Positions 1-9,642 of a stretch of DNA of 64,000 nt are shown piece by piece. The notes beneath the pieces are model-generated. The model saw only the letters and a program-made list of their open reading frames with translations. It had not been told where the DNA came from and did not search any database. Origin of the DNA: Armatimonadota bacterium. GTDB lineage: Bacteria; Armatimonadota; Fimbriimonadia; Fimbriimonadales; GBS-DC. The stretch is from positions 1 to 64,000 of the forward strand of contig JBBIML010000007.1 in assembly GCA_037444405.1 (NCBI GenBank), in the 5' to 3' direction. The position numbers and the translations under genes are program-made. How positions within the stretch are numbered: position 1 is the stretch's first letter; each line of letters begins with the position of its first letter.

Positions 1-239
1 ACTCGTATAAGGGTGATCTGGTCTTTGATCCATTCGCTGGGCGCGGCACGGTAGGGCAAGCCGCATTGCTGACCGATCGCTACTTCCTGCTCGTCGAAAA
101 GGAACCTGCCTACTTCGAGTACGCCCGCCAGCTCATCTGCACAGGCAACCTGCTGACCGATTTCCCACCCCGATTTGTTAGTTTTGAGGAGTTTCTCGAC
201 TCGCGAAAGGGGTATCTGCCTGGTTTATGCCTGTTGTAA
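1..239 (+). CDS. 3' end of a DNA methyltransferase (N4-C/N6-A family), partial
   Basis: Manual translation from nt 3: SYKGDLVFDPFAGRGTVGQAALLTDRYFLLVEKEPAYF...LCLL*. The DPFAGxGT SAM-binding motif I is present. Not in the ORF track because the 5' part is outside the window. Confidence 0.8.
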   Translation, partial: SYKGDLVFDPFAGRGTVGQAALLTDRYFLLVEKEPAYFEYARQLICTGNLLTDFPPRFVSFEEFLDSRKGYLPGLCLL

Positions 240-1494
240 GCGAGGCGAGGCTGACGCCAGGGTAATACGCCTGCAAGATGGTGGGGTAGGTTTGTCCTGC
301 GAGGGCGCGTCCCTGCGCGCCCCACTGGCACAGCCCCATCCCGTGCCCATAGCCTCGCCCCGTCAGACGCCAGCCGTTGCCGTCTGGCTCCAGCGTGAAC
401 AGCAAACTCCGCACGCGTGCCACGCCCAGCCGCTGGCGGAAGAGTGAACCCCGAATCTCAATCGTTGCCCGCTCGCCGCGCAGTTGCAGAAGTGCCACAT
501 GCCCGCTGAGCGTCCGCTGTAAGATTTTTAATTCGCGCGGCGTGCCTGCATCGGGAAAGGCGCGCTGCAGCTCGTCGGGCGTGAGGGTCAGGCTCCAGCG
601 AGCGTTGGGCGCGATATCGCAATAGTATCGACCCGTCTGAAAGTCCCAATCCAGCGTGCCGGGCAGAGGCTCCTGGGATGCGCTCCTGATGCCTTCGCTG
701 GGCGCGGTGTGTCCGCCGCAATTGCTGCTGTAGAGCGCTTCGAACACGCGCCCGTTGTGCCACAGCACCTCGCCCGCCGTCGCCTCCACTGCCTGACTGG
801 TCGCGGGATGTTCGCCTGCCACACCGCCGTAGAGCTGGCAATGCTCCGTGTCGCACAGATCGTAGCCGCTATCGCGATGGCGGTTAAGCCGTCGGAAGGT
901 GAAGGAGCGGGCAGCGACTGCCTGCGCCTTCAGCGCTTCAGGATGGAAGCGCGGCGGGATTTCGGCGGGCAGAACCGCCTTCAGATAGTCATCGAGGCGC
1001 ACCCAGTTGATGGTCAGCAGGCGGTCGTTGCTCGCCTGCCACTCCATCGCGCCGCGGAAGGGCTTCAGGTGGGATGGCGCCACGCCGACGGCGAGCAGAG
1101 CATCGCCGACGGGTTCAGCTCGCAGCCGCCGCGCAGAGATGGGTTTGTTTACGGGTGAGGGGGCTACCTGAATGGCAATCAGCTCCTCGCCACGGCGGGC
1201 GACGCGCCAGAGGGTTCCCGCGGGCGATTCGCCAAGCGCACGACCCCTGTCCACATCGATCCAGCGGAACGCGCCACCCTGCGACTGGATGTAAATCTCC
1301 TTGCCCGACGCCTGACGCTCCAGCCCGACCCGTATCAGCCATTCGCGGTCGGGAGTTGACTCGCCCCTCACCCCGGAGGGGGAAGGGCGTTCAAAGCCCC
1401 TCTCCCCCAGCGGGGGAGAGGGTACGGGTGAGGGAGCTAAGGGGACGGGTGCGAAAGTTAGCGATAGCCCTATCAGCAATACCCAGAGTTTCAT
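178..1494 (-). CDS. SpoIID/LytB-domain protein (secreted, peptidoglycan-modifying)
   Basis: Start at MKLWVLLIG (signal peptide), overlapping the upstream stop. Motifs: YLKAVLPAEI, ALKAQAVAARS, DLCDTEHCQLY, GYGHGMGLCQWGA. Confidence 0.85.
   Translation of the reverse strand: MKLWVLLIGLSLTFAPVPLAPSPVPSPPLGERGFERPSPSGVRGESTPDREWLIRVGLERQASGKEIYIQSQGGAFRWIDVDRGRALGESPAGTLWRVARRGEELIAIQVAPSPVNKPISARRLRAEPVGDALLAVGVAPSHLKPFRGAMEWQASNDRLLTINWVRLDDYLKAVLPAEIPPRFHPEALKAQAVAARSFTFRRLNRHRDSGYDLCDTEHCQLYGGVAGEHPATSQAVEATAGEVLWHNGRVFEALYSSNCGGHTAPSEGIRSASQEPLPGTLDWDFQTGRYYCDIAPNARWSLTLTPDELQRAFPDAGTPRELKILQRTLSGHVALLQLRGERATIEIRGSLFRQRLGVARVRSLLFTLEPDGNGWRLTGRGYGHGMGLCQWGAQGRALAGQTYPTILQAYYPGVSLASLTTGINQADTPFASRETPQN
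1398..1434. repeat. REP-like palindromic element (CCCTCTCCC...GGGAGAGGG..GGGTGAGGG) inside the SpoIID CDS
   Basis: 37 nt; its reverse complement matches 39667-39703 with 2 mismatches. Confidence 0.75.
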
Positions 1495-2759
1495 GGAGCG
1501 ACCTCCTCGAAGAGTGCTTGCAGGGCATTGAGCAGGGCGTGCTGGTCGGGGTAGAAATGCGCGCCTGCCGACTGCAGTGCCTGCCACAGGCGGGTCGCCT
1601 CGCCGTCGGTGAAGTCGCGCTCGGTGATGGGGCGCGAGGCGAGCGCGTACACGGGGATACCGTTCTGTTGCGCCTCCACCGCCAGCCTCAGATTCGGCAG
1701 GTTGCCGCGCCCGAACGGCACATCGGTCAGCACAACGGCGCGCGACAGGCGCATCAGCTCCCATGCACGCTGGTACGCGCTTTCGGAAATGGGCGAGAAC
1801 GGCTCCACACTGACCACCTCCAGATTCAGCGCGCGGGCGGTCTCTTCGTCGGTGTCCAGCAGGTTCAACACGCCGACACGCAGGTTCCAGCCCTGCTCCA
1901 GCAGGGGATAGTAGAGGGGCGTGCCCGAACCGCCGCCAGCAATCAGAAAGAGCGCGGGCGCATCGGGATTGCGCGATGGCTGAAGTTCCGTGTCGAGCGC
2001 GAACACCACGGGGCGACCTGTCAGCGGATGGGCGCGTATCAGCGCGGGCACATGGTAGACCCGCTCGATGAGTTCGGGGGTCAGCACTTCGGCGGGCGTG
2101 CCCTGCGCTACGATGCGACCCTCGCTCAACAGCACTATTCGGTCGGCGTACTCCGATGCCAGATTGAGGTCGTGCAGCACCATCAGCATCGCCATCGCGC
2201 GGTTGGCGCACCAGTCGCGCAGGCGGGCAAGCAGGCGCACCTGATGGCGCAGGTCGAGATGGGCGGTTGGCTCGTCCAGCAGCAGGTACTGGGCGTCCTG
2301 TGCCAGCGCTCGCGCGAGGTTCACGCGCTGGCGCTCGCCGCCGCTCAGCTGGCTGATGAGCCGCTCCTGCAGGTGCCCGATCTCCAGCTGTTCCATCGCC
2401 GCGCGGACGGCATCGCGATCGCGCCCGGTGAGTCCCCAGAAGCCCTTCTGGTGCGGATAGCGTCCCATCAGCACCAGCTCGTAGACGCGGAAGCCCATTT
2501 CGGGCAGCTCCGTTTGTGAGGCGTAGGCGACGGCGCGGGCGAACTCGGTCGGGCTGTAGTGTGCGTATGGGCGTCCGTTCAGGCGCAGGTCGCCCTGCAG
2601 AGGGGTCAGCACGCGGGCGAGCGCTCGCAGGGCGGTCGTCTTGCCGCTGCCGTTGGGTCCCACCAGCGCGACCACCTCGCCCGGCGCGAGCTGGAGCGAG
2701 AAGTCGTGCAGCACCGCACGCCCGCTATAGCCGGCGCTCAGCCTCTTTGCTTCCAGCAT
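1491..2759 (-). CDS. ABC transporter ATP-binding protein, iron-siderophore/heme/B12 family, with C-terminal extension
   Basis: Walker A GPNGSGKT, signature LSGGERQR, LLLDEPT, HDLN. Confidence 0.85.
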   Translation of the reverse strand: MLEAKRLSAGYSGRAVLHDFSLQLAPGEVVALVGPNGSGKTTALRALARVLTPLQGDLRLNGRPYAHYSPTEFARAVAYASQTELPEMGFRVYELVLMGRYPHQKGFWGLTGRDRDAVRAAMEQLEIGHLQERLISQLSGGERQRVNLARALAQDAQYLLLDEPTAHLDLRHQVRLLARLRDWCANRAMAMLMVLHDLNLASEYADRIVLLSEGRIVAQGTPAEVLTPELIERVYHVPALIRAHPLTGRPVVFALDTELQPSRNPDAPALFLIAGGGSGTPLYYPLLEQGWNLRVGVLNLLDTDEETARALNLEVVSVEPFSPISESAYQRAWELMRLSRAVVLTDVPFGRGNLPNLRLAVEAQQNGIPVYALASRPITERDFTDGEATRLWQALQSAGAHFYPDQHALLNALQALFEEVAP

Positions 2760-3507
2760 CGTTCGTCATCTGCACCAGTGCCAGCTGGCGGGATGCCGTC
2801 AGGCGCAGCCAGAACAGGTCGCGCACCATCCGCAGCCCGTCGCGCAGGAGTTTCACCTTCGAGCCTTCCTGATGCATCCAGCGGATGGGCACTTCGGCAA
2901 TGCGGTAGCCCAGTCGTCGCGCCCAGTAGAGCGCCTCGAAATCGAAGCTGAAGCCATCCAGTCGGCACAGGCTGAAAATCGCGTGCGCCGCCTCGCCCGT
3001 GAAGAGTTTGAACCCGCACTGCGTGTCGTGGATGCCCGGCACCGCCAGCAACTGCACCAGTTTGTTGAAGGCGCGTCCCGCCCACTCCCGATAGAACGGC
3101 TGACGCACAATCAGTTGCGATTCGCGTAGCGGGCGCGAGCCTATCGCCACCTCGTAGCCCTGCTCGATGCAGGGTAATAGCTTCTCGTACTCCTCGATGG
3201 GGGTTGCCAGATCGGCGTCGCTGAACAGCACCAGCTCGCCCTGGGCGCGCAGGATGCCGTAGCGCACGGCGTGCCCCTTGCCCCGATTGGGCTGATAGGC
3301 GAGCAGCTTGACCTGCGGGTGCTGCGCAGCAAACGCCTGCACGAGGCTCTCGGTGCGGTCGGTGCTGCCGTCGCTGACCACCAGCACCTCGTAGGGTTCG
3401 CCTCGCGCGTCGAAGTAGGCGACCACGCGCTGCAGCGTGTTCTCGATACGCGCCTCTTCGTTATAGGCGGGGATGACCACCGACAGGCGCGGGCGCTCAG
3501 TTGCCAC
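2725..3507 (-). CDS. Dolichyl-phosphate beta-glucosyltransferase-like GT2
   Basis: VVIPAYNE, DGSTD, NRGKG, DAD, DTQCGFK motifs. Confidence 0.85.
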   Translation of the reverse strand: MATERPRLSVVIPAYNEEARIENTLQRVVAYFDARGEPYEVLVVSDGSTDRTESLVQAFAAQHPQVKLLAYQPNRGKGHAVRYGILRAQGELVLFSDADLATPIEEYEKLLPCIEQGYEVAIGSRPLRESQLIVRQPFYREWAGRAFNKLVQLLAVPGIHDTQCGFKLFTGEAAHAIFSLCRLDGFSFDFEALYWARRLGYRIAEVPIRWMHQEGSKVKLLRDGLRMVRDLFWLRLTASRQLALVQMTNDAGSKEAERRL

Positions 3508-4033
3508 CGAACACCTCCTGCAACGCCTGTACGAACGCCTGAACCGCCTCCTGACCGAAGAGGCAGAATCGCGCCGCTTGCAGTCCCGTGCCGCTGTCGA
3601 TGTGCGCTTTGAGCGTTTCCATCATGATGCGGGCACCCTCGCGCAGGGGGAATCCCGCGATGCCCATTCCGACAGCGGGCAGCGCGATGGTGCGCACCTG
3701 ATGCTCGTCGGCGAGGCGAAGCGCGTGCGCCACACTGCTGCGAATGCTTTCGGCGGTCGCCCTACCGCCCAGCTGCATGCTGGCAGCGTGAATCACATAC
3801 CTAACAGGCAGGTTGCCCGCGCCCGTGATAGCGGCTTCACCGACGCGAATGGGTCCGTGCCGATAGCATTCCTCCTGAATGCTCGGACCGCCCTTGCGCG
3901 CGATGGCACCCGCCACGCCCCCGCCCAGAATCAGCTCGCTATTGGCGGCGTTCACAATCGCGTCCACCTGCTGCTCGGTGATGTCCGCCTCCAGCACCTC
4001 AATCTGCACGCCGTTGTAAACCGTGCGGTTCAT
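3497..4033 (-). CDS. Macro domain (ADP-ribose-binding/hydrolase) protein
   Basis: DIT, AIVNAAN, GGGVAGAI, VIHA motifs. Start taken at MNRTVYNG. Confidence 0.85.
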   Translation of the reverse strand: MNRTVYNGVQIEVLEADITEQQVDAIVNAANSELILGGGVAGAIARKGGPSIQEECYRHGPIRVGEAAITGAGNLPVRYVIHAASMQLGGRATAESIRSSVAHALRLADEHQVRTIALPAVGMGIAGFPLREGARIMMETLKAHIDSGTGLQAARFCLFGQEAVQAFVQALQEVFGGN

Positions 4034-4114
4034 GGCGATTCGATTGTACCTGCAGGCTGCTCTGTTGCAAGGATGCTCGTTCCCCCTTTTGGGCACAGCG
4101 GGTTTCGCCGCTTC

Positions 4115-4180
4115 AGGGGCGCGGTCGCCGCGCCCCTACCCATGCCGCAGCCGGTAGGGGATGCGGTTCCCGCACCCTGC
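4115..4180. repeat. Pair of GTAG-type REP-like hairpins
   Basis: AGGGGCGCGGTCGCCGCGCCCCTAC and GTAGGGGATGCGGTTCCCGCACCCTGC lie in opposite orientation in an intergenic region. Confidence 0.5.
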
Positions 4181-4245
4181 TTTGACTGCCTGTCCTCTTT
4201 GCAACGGCGCAGCTGAAGCCGTCAAGACACCTATCCTCTGCGCCC

Positions 4246-4890
4246 TTACAGGCGGAACGGGGTGAAGGCGATGTAGAAGCCCACAAGGTCGGCGTCGCGG
4301 CTGAGGTGGTTGCGCGAGTAGTAGGCGTAGAAGTAGACCGAATCGGTCAGGGCACGCCCGATTCCGATGCTGGTGTAGCTGTCGCCGTCGGGCAGGCGCA
4401 GATATTCCCAGCTGATGTCCAGCGCGTTCAGCACCTGAAACTGGGCGCCGACGCCCCAGCCCCACCGATTCGCCTGATAGAACGACCCCAGATGGAGCTG
4501 CCCGAAGGAGGTTGTGCGCATGCCCACCACATAGTACTGGGGTTGCGCGTTTTCAGCGACATTCCACACGCCCACCGCGATGCCGGGCGACCGCTCGCTT
4601 TCGGGGGTCAGCACCAGGCGCGTGTTGAACAGCCACTGGCGCGCTTCGGGCTGGTCGATCCCGATGCAGTCGAAGCCGAACTCGAATCGGTCGGTCAGCA
4701 TCCACTGGGTGTAGAGGCAGCGCGTGCGCGTCTCGCGGTAGAAGCGCGGGGAGCCGTACTGCTCGGTAGCCAGATAGAGCGAGCGTGCTGAGCCACGATT
4801 TGCGGTGGGCATAAACACCACCGTCTCGGGGATGGACAGCGCGATGCTCACCAACCCCGTCAGTGCCAGAACCCCTGCCATATATCGCAT
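4246..4890 (-). CDS. Hypothetical exported protein, possible outer-membrane beta-barrel
   Basis: Signal-like N-terminus, alternating aromatic/hydrophobic strands, aromatic C-terminal segment. Confidence 0.5.
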   Translation of the reverse strand: MRYMAGVLALTGLVSIALSIPETVVFMPTANRGSARSLYLATEQYGSPRFYRETRTRCLYTQWMLTDRFEFGFDCIGIDQPEARQWLFNTRLVLTPESERSPGIAVGVWNVAENAQPQYYVVGMRTTSFGQLHLGSFYQANRWGWGVGAQFQVLNALDISWEYLRLPDGDSYTSIGIGRALTDSVYFYAYYSRNHLSRDADLVGFYIAFTPFRL

Positions 4891-4970
4891 TGCTACACCT
4901 CAGGGGCAGTTTTTCCACCAACCCTTCGCGCCGATTCAGGTAAAATTTTGAGTGTAGGGAGGCGAGATCG

Positions 4971-5921
4971 ATGCAGAGGCGTAAAATCCGAGCGGCGATG
5001 GTGACCGATGTCGGCGGCATCGGCGATGAGTCGTTTAATGCCTCCGCGTGGCGGGGGCTGCAACGCGCTCAGAAGGAGCTGGGCGCGGAGGTGCGCTATC
5101 TGGAGTCGCGAACCGCTGCCGACTATGTGCGCAACCTCACCTCGCTGGCGCGACAGGGCTATGATGTGGTCTTCGCGGTTGGCTTTCTGATGGAGGATGC
5201 GCTGGCGCGCGTCGCGCCCCGATTCCCCAGGGTCTACTTCGGGATTGTGGATGGGCGCGCGCCGAACCGTCCCAACTGCGTGTCGCTCATCTTCAACGAG
5301 CAGGAAGGCTCGTTCCTGGTGGGCGCGCTCGCGGGCGCGATGACCCGCACCAATATCGTCGGTTTCATCGGCGGCATGAATGTACCGCTCATCAAAAAGT
5401 TCGAGTACGGCTATCGGGCGGGCGTTTTGACCACCAACCCGCGCGCGAAGGTGCTGGTCGGCTACACGGGCAACTGGGACGATGTGACCAAGGGGCGCGA
5501 GCTGGCGCTGACCCAGTTCAATCAGGGCGCGGACATCATCTATCACGCGGCGGGACGCTGCGGCATCGGGGTCATTCGCGCCGCCCAGCAGAAGGGCAAG
5601 GGCTACTTCGCGATTGGCGTCGACAGCGACCAGGACCATCTGGCACCCGGGCGCGTGCTGACCAGCATGATGAAGCGTGTGGATAACGCCGTGTTCGATG
5701 TGTGCCGGCGCGTGGCGGAGGGACGGTTCCAGCCGGGCACGATTGTGTATGGCGTGAAGGAGAAGGGCGTCGGGCTGAGCCCGATGCGCTTCACGCGCAA
5801 TCTGGTTCCATCTGCCGTAATGGCAAAGATTCGCAAGCTGGAGCAGATGATTGCGCAGGGCGCGCTGAAGCCGCCCTACGACGCCGCGACCTTCGCCCAG
5901 TTCCGCCCGCCGAAGGTGTAG
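4971..5921 (+). CDS. BMP/PnrA family nucleoside-binding protein
   Basis: DVGGIGDESFN, GFIGGM, GADIIYHAAG, IGVDSDQ, LTSMMKRVD motifs. Confidence 0.85.
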   Translation: MQRRKIRAAMVTDVGGIGDESFNASAWRGLQRAQKELGAEVRYLESRTAADYVRNLTSLARQGYDVVFAVGFLMEDALARVAPRFPRVYFGIVDGRAPNRPNCVSLIFNEQEGSFLVGALAGAMTRTNIVGFIGGMNVPLIKKFEYGYRAGVLTTNPRAKVLVGYTGNWDDVTKGRELALTQFNQGADIIYHAAGRCGIGVIRAAQQKGKGYFAIGVDSDQDHLAPGRVLTSMMKRVDNAVFDVCRRVAEGRFQPGTIVYGVKEKGVGLSPMRFTRNLVPSAVMAKIRKLEQMIAQGALKPPYDAATFAQFRPPKV

Positions 5922-5925
5922 ACCG

Positions 5926-6393
5926 ATGGAGCGCCCCAGCTGGGACGACTATTTTATGCAGATTGCGCATGTGGTGGCGAGTCGGGCGACCTGCCCCCGC
6001 CGCAGTGTGGGCGCCCTTATTGTGCTGGACAAACGCATTCTGGCGACGGGCTACAACGGCGCACCGCGCGGACTGGCGCACTGCACCGAGGTCGGCTGCC
6101 ACATCGTGGCGGGGCACTGCATCCGTGCCCTGCACGCCGAGCAGAACGCCATCCTGCAAGCCGCCTTAAATGGCGTTTCCACGCGCGGCGCCACGATGTA
6201 TGTTACCTGCCAGCCATGCAACCACTGCGCCAAGATGATGATTAACGCGGGACTCGCGCGCGTGGTGTTTGAGGGCGACTATCCCGACGAGTTCGCGCTG
6301 GAGCTGTTCGCGGAGGCAGGCATCGCGCTCGAACGCTTTGCGGACGGCAGGCTTATCCCGGTTGACCTGACACCCTTCAGACCGAAGCGATGA
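5926..6393 (+). CDS. dCMP deaminase family (ComEB-like)
   Basis: RPSWDDYFM, ATGYNG, HAEQNA and PCxxC zinc motifs. Confidence 0.9.
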   Translation: MERPSWDDYFMQIAHVVASRATCPRRSVGALIVLDKRILATGYNGAPRGLAHCTEVGCHIVAGHCIRALHAEQNAILQAALNGVSTRGATMYVTCQPCNHCAKMMINAGLARVVFEGDYPDEFALELFAEAGIALERFADGRLIPVDLTPFRPKR

Positions 6394-7409
6394 AAACGAT
6401 AACGGCGGTCTTTGTGATTGCGCTGGTGGCGACCTATCTGCTCACGCCGTGGGTGCGGGAGTGGGCGATCCGTGCAGGCGTGATGGACATCCCCGACGCG
6501 CGGCGCGTGCATAAGGAGCCGATCCCGCGCTGGGGCGGCTTCGCCATCTATATCGGCGTGCTACTGGGCATGCTGGCGGGACTGCTGCGGCTCTACCTGC
6601 TGGCGCCCAGCGCGGAGGTGTTCTTCGCCCGCGCCATGCCGATTCTGGGGCTGCTGCTCATTGGCACCGGCGTGCTGCTGTTCGGCATGCTGGACGATAA
6701 GCGCAACTTCCCGGCGTTCACCCAGGCGGCGGTGCTGCTGCTCGCGGGGTTGCTGGTGCAATGGTTTGGCGTGCGCATCGAGGGCTTCATGGCGCCGCTG
6801 GGCGGTCGATTCAGCGACGCCCGCTGGATCCCCTTCGGCTGGTGGGCAATCCCCATCACCGCCATCTGGATGTTCGTGATTGCCAAGACGATGGACACCA
6901 TCGACGGGCTGGATGGTCTGGCGGCGGGTGTGAGCGCGATTGCGGCGCTCGCGCTCGCGTTGATGGCGTTGCAGGCAGCCAATATTCTCAATCAGCCCTA
7001 TCCGAACTGGCTGATAGCGATCAGCGCAGCGGCGATTGCGGGCGCATCGGCAGGCTTTTTGCGCTATAACTTCAACCCGGCCCGCATCTTTATGGGCACG
7101 GGCGGGGCGCAGTTTCTCGGCTTCATGCTGGCGGGGCTGGCGGTTATTGGCGCGTTCAAGGCGGCGACCGTGTTCGCGATTGTCATCCCCCTACTGGTGT
7201 TCGGCTTGCCGCTGATCGACGCCGTGAATGTGGTCATTCGGCGGGCGCTGAGCCGTCAGCCGATTCACAAGCCTGACAAGCGCCATATCCACCATCAGCT
7301 GCTGGAGCGCGGGCTGAGCCATCGCCAGACGGTGCTGCTGCTGTACGGCGTGACGCTGATGCTCGCGCTGTTAGCCGTGTGGCTCTTCGTGCGGGCGCTC
7401 GGCGGATAG
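6390..7409 (+). CDS. WecA/TagO-type undecaprenyl-phosphate GlcNAc-1-P transferase (GT4/MraY family)
   Basis: Multi-pass membrane protein with DD, DGLDGLA, NFNPARIFMG and HIHH motifs. Confidence 0.85.
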   Translation: MKTITAVFVIALVATYLLTPWVREWAIRAGVMDIPDARRVHKEPIPRWGGFAIYIGVLLGMLAGLLRLYLLAPSAEVFFARAMPILGLLLIGTGVLLFGMLDDKRNFPAFTQAAVLLLAGLLVQWFGVRIEGFMAPLGGRFSDARWIPFGWWAIPITAIWMFVIAKTMDTIDGLDGLAAGVSAIAALALALMALQAANILNQPYPNWLIAISAAAIAGASAGFLRYNFNPARIFMGTGGAQFLGFMLAGLAVIGAFKAATVFAIVIPLLVFGLPLIDAVNVVIRRALSRQPIHKPDKRHIHHQLLERGLSHRQTVLLLYGVTLMLALLAVWLFVRALGG

Positions 7410-7850
7410 GCGCTTCTGATGCTGGCGCAGAATGAGCAAGAGCGCCACATAGTCGTCATAGGGTTCGGGCGGCACGCGCAGACCGCGGGGCAGCAGGCGT
7501 CGCCAGCCGCGCGGCGGATGGAACCGAAAGTAGAGCTGGCGCGCCTGCAGGGTGGTGTCGCGCTCCTCCACCAGCTGCCAGTGACGGTCGGGAAACTGCG
7601 CTTTCAGGCGCGACAGCAGGGCGCGACTGCCGGTGCCTGCGCCCAGTAGCAACTGCTGGGGAGCATACTGCTGGAGCCATTCGGGCAGGCGCGCCATCAG
7701 CTCGTCGATGGCAATCACCGCTCGCAGCAGCACCTGCGCGGTGTCGGGCAACTGCTCCTCGGACACGGGCTGATCGGGCAGCTCGGCAATCGCGACGCCT
7801 GCCTTCTGGGTGCCGGGGTCAATCGCCAGGTAGCGCATGGTGGGCTTCAC
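7371..7850 (-). CDS. YqgF/RNase H-like domain protein
   Basis: LAIDPG, G.GTGS, VEERDTT and DD motifs. Confidence 0.7.
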   Translation of the reverse strand: MKPTMRYLAIDPGTQKAGVAIAELPDQPVSEEQLPDTAQVLLRAVIAIDELMARLPEWLQQYAPQQLLLGAGTGSRALLSRLKAQFPDRHWQLVEERDTTLQARQLYFRFHPPRGWRRLLPRGLRVPPEPYDDYVALLLILRQHQKRLSAERPHEEPHG

Positions 7851-8926
7851 TTTCGGGTGCGCGAGCGCGGTTTCAGCCCCAGGGCGCGCACCACCTCGCT
7901 ATAGCGTGGGGGCACGCGCAGCGGCTCGCACGCGCTGGCGAGCAGGGCAATATCGGGGTCTTTCAGCCCGTGCCCTGTGAGTGTGACGGTGATGGTCGCA
8001 GGCTGGGTGAAGTAGCCTGCTCGCGCCAGTTTGAGCAGTCCGGCAATCGGCGCCGCGCTGGCAGGCTCCGCGAAGATACCCTCCAGCCGCGCCAGCAGCC
8101 GATACGCCTCCAGAATCTCCGCGTCGCTCACCTTTTCGAACAGCCCGCCCGACTGCTGCTGCGCCTGCACCGCCTCCTGCCAGCCAGCGGGGTTGCCGAT
8201 GCGGATGGCGGTCGCCAGCGTTTCAGGATGGGGGATCACGCGGTTTTCGACGAGGGGCGCGGCGCCCGCCGCCTGAAAGCCCAGCATCTTCGGCAGGCGC
8301 GTGGTGCGACCCAGTGCGTAATATTCGCAAAACCCCTGCCAGTATGCCGCGATGTTGCGAGCGTTGCCCACAGGAATCGCATGATAGTCAGGCGCGTCGC
8401 CCAGCGCGTCGCAAATCTCAAACGCGGCGGTCTTCTGACCCTCTGCCCGATAGGGGTTGATGGAGTTGACCAGCGTGATGGGATAGCGTTCGCTCAGCAT
8501 GCAGACCAGTCGCAACGCGGCGTCGAAGTTGCCCTCGATCTGGACGACCTGGGCGCCGTGCATCAGCGCCTGTGTCAGCTTGCCCAGCGCGACCTTGCCG
8601 TGCGGCAGCAGCACAAAGCAGGGCAGCCCTGCCCGCGCGGCGTAAGCCGCCGCCGACGCCGATGTGTTGCCCGTTGAAGCGCAAATCAGCGCCTGCGAGC
8701 CTTCCTCCAGCGCCTTGGACACCGCGACGGTCATGCCCCTGTCTTTGAAGGAGCCTGTCGGGTTCGAGCCTTCCAGTTTCAGCCACAGGCGCGCTTCGGG
8801 ATGGATCAGGCGTGCCAGACACGGCGCCTCCACCAGCGGCGTGTCGCCCTCGTTCAGCGTTACAATCGGCGTGCGCTCCGTGATGGGCAGATGCGCCCGA
8901 TACCGCGCAATAATGCCCCCAGCCAT
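7847..8926 (-). CDS. thrC: Threonine synthase
   Basis: [10 protein letters not shown] (PLP lysine), ASTGNT, EPASA, TGHGLKD. Confidence 0.92.
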   Translation of the reverse strand: MAGGIIARYRAHLPITERTPIVTLNEGDTPLVEAPCLARLIHPEARLWLKLEGSNPTGSFKDRGMTVAVSKALEEGSQALICASTGNTSASAAAYAARAGLPCFVLLPHGKVALGKLTQALMHGAQVVQIEGNFDAALRLVCMLSERYPITLVNSINPYRAEGQKTAAFEICDALGDAPDYHAIPVGNARNIAAYWQGFCEYYALGRTTRLPKMLGFQAAGAAPLVENRVIPHPETLATAIRIGNPAGWQEAVQAQQQSGGLFEKVSDAEILEAYRLLARLEGIFAEPASAAPIAGLLKLARAGYFTQPATITVTLTGHGLKDPDIALLASACEPLRVPPRYSEVVRALGLKPRSRTRK

Positions 8927-8955
8927 AGACGCGCCGAATCATACCCGCTGAGCGG

Positions 8956-9582
8956 CTACATCAAGCCCCACTCGCGCAGGATGTGCGGCAGAGGCGGTTG
9001 CTGCCACAGCCACTCCACACGCAGCCAGAAGTCGGGCAGAACCTTGCTGTGATAAACGCCCTCCGAGCCGCTGTAGACCACCTGATAGATGCCCTGCGGG
9101 TTCAGCTGGGCGAACTCCGCCTGCCGGCGTTCAGGGTCAATCACCCAGTATTCGGGCACGCCCACCGCTTCATACTCATAGAACTTCTCGCCCCGGTCGA
9201 TCGCTCGCCGTCCCGCACTGACAATCTCCACAATCAGGTCGGGCGCACCCTCCAGATACTGCTCCGTCAGGCGATCCAGATGCTCATTCAGTACCACCGT
9301 CAGGTCAGGTTCACGCAGAATGAGCCGACCATCAGGCGCTGTCAGCCGAATCAGAAACGGTGGCGGCAGAACCTCAGCCACTGGATGATGATCCAGCCAG
9401 GCAGCGACCATCCTGTACAGGAACCCGTTGCACCGTTGATGCAATCTGGATGTTGGCATTTTGGGTACCACCTTTCCGCCGACCCACTCGGCGTGCGTGT
9501 CTTCGTCCGCCCAGGCAAGGAACTCCTCAAAGCTCATCTCGGCTTCCGTCACCACGATTTTGCCTTCCGGCTCCGGATTCAT
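8956..9582 (-). CDS. Uma2 (DUF820) family endonuclease-like protein
   Basis: Start at MNPEPEG. Motifs REPDL, APDLIVEIVS, KFYEYEAVGVPEYWVIDP. Confidence 0.85.
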   Translation of the reverse strand: MNPEPEGKIVVTEAEMSFEEFLAWADEDTHAEWVGGKVVPKMPTSRLHQRCNGFLYRMVAAWLDHHPVAEVLPPPFLIRLTAPDGRLILREPDLTVVLNEHLDRLTEQYLEGAPDLIVEIVSAGRRAIDRGEKFYEYEAVGVPEYWVIDPERRQAEFAQLNPQGIYQVVYSGSEGVYHSKVLPDFWLRVEWLWQQPPLPHILREWGLM

Positions 9583-9642
9583 CGCTCTCACCACCGCTTT
9601 GATGATACCCCATCGGGTATAGTTAGTCTGGAGGTGAATGCG

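Noticed and set aside
178..2211. 677-aa version of the SpoIID ORF
   Set aside because: The N-terminal part is an alternative frame of the ABC ATPase gene. The real start is 1494, with a signal peptide.
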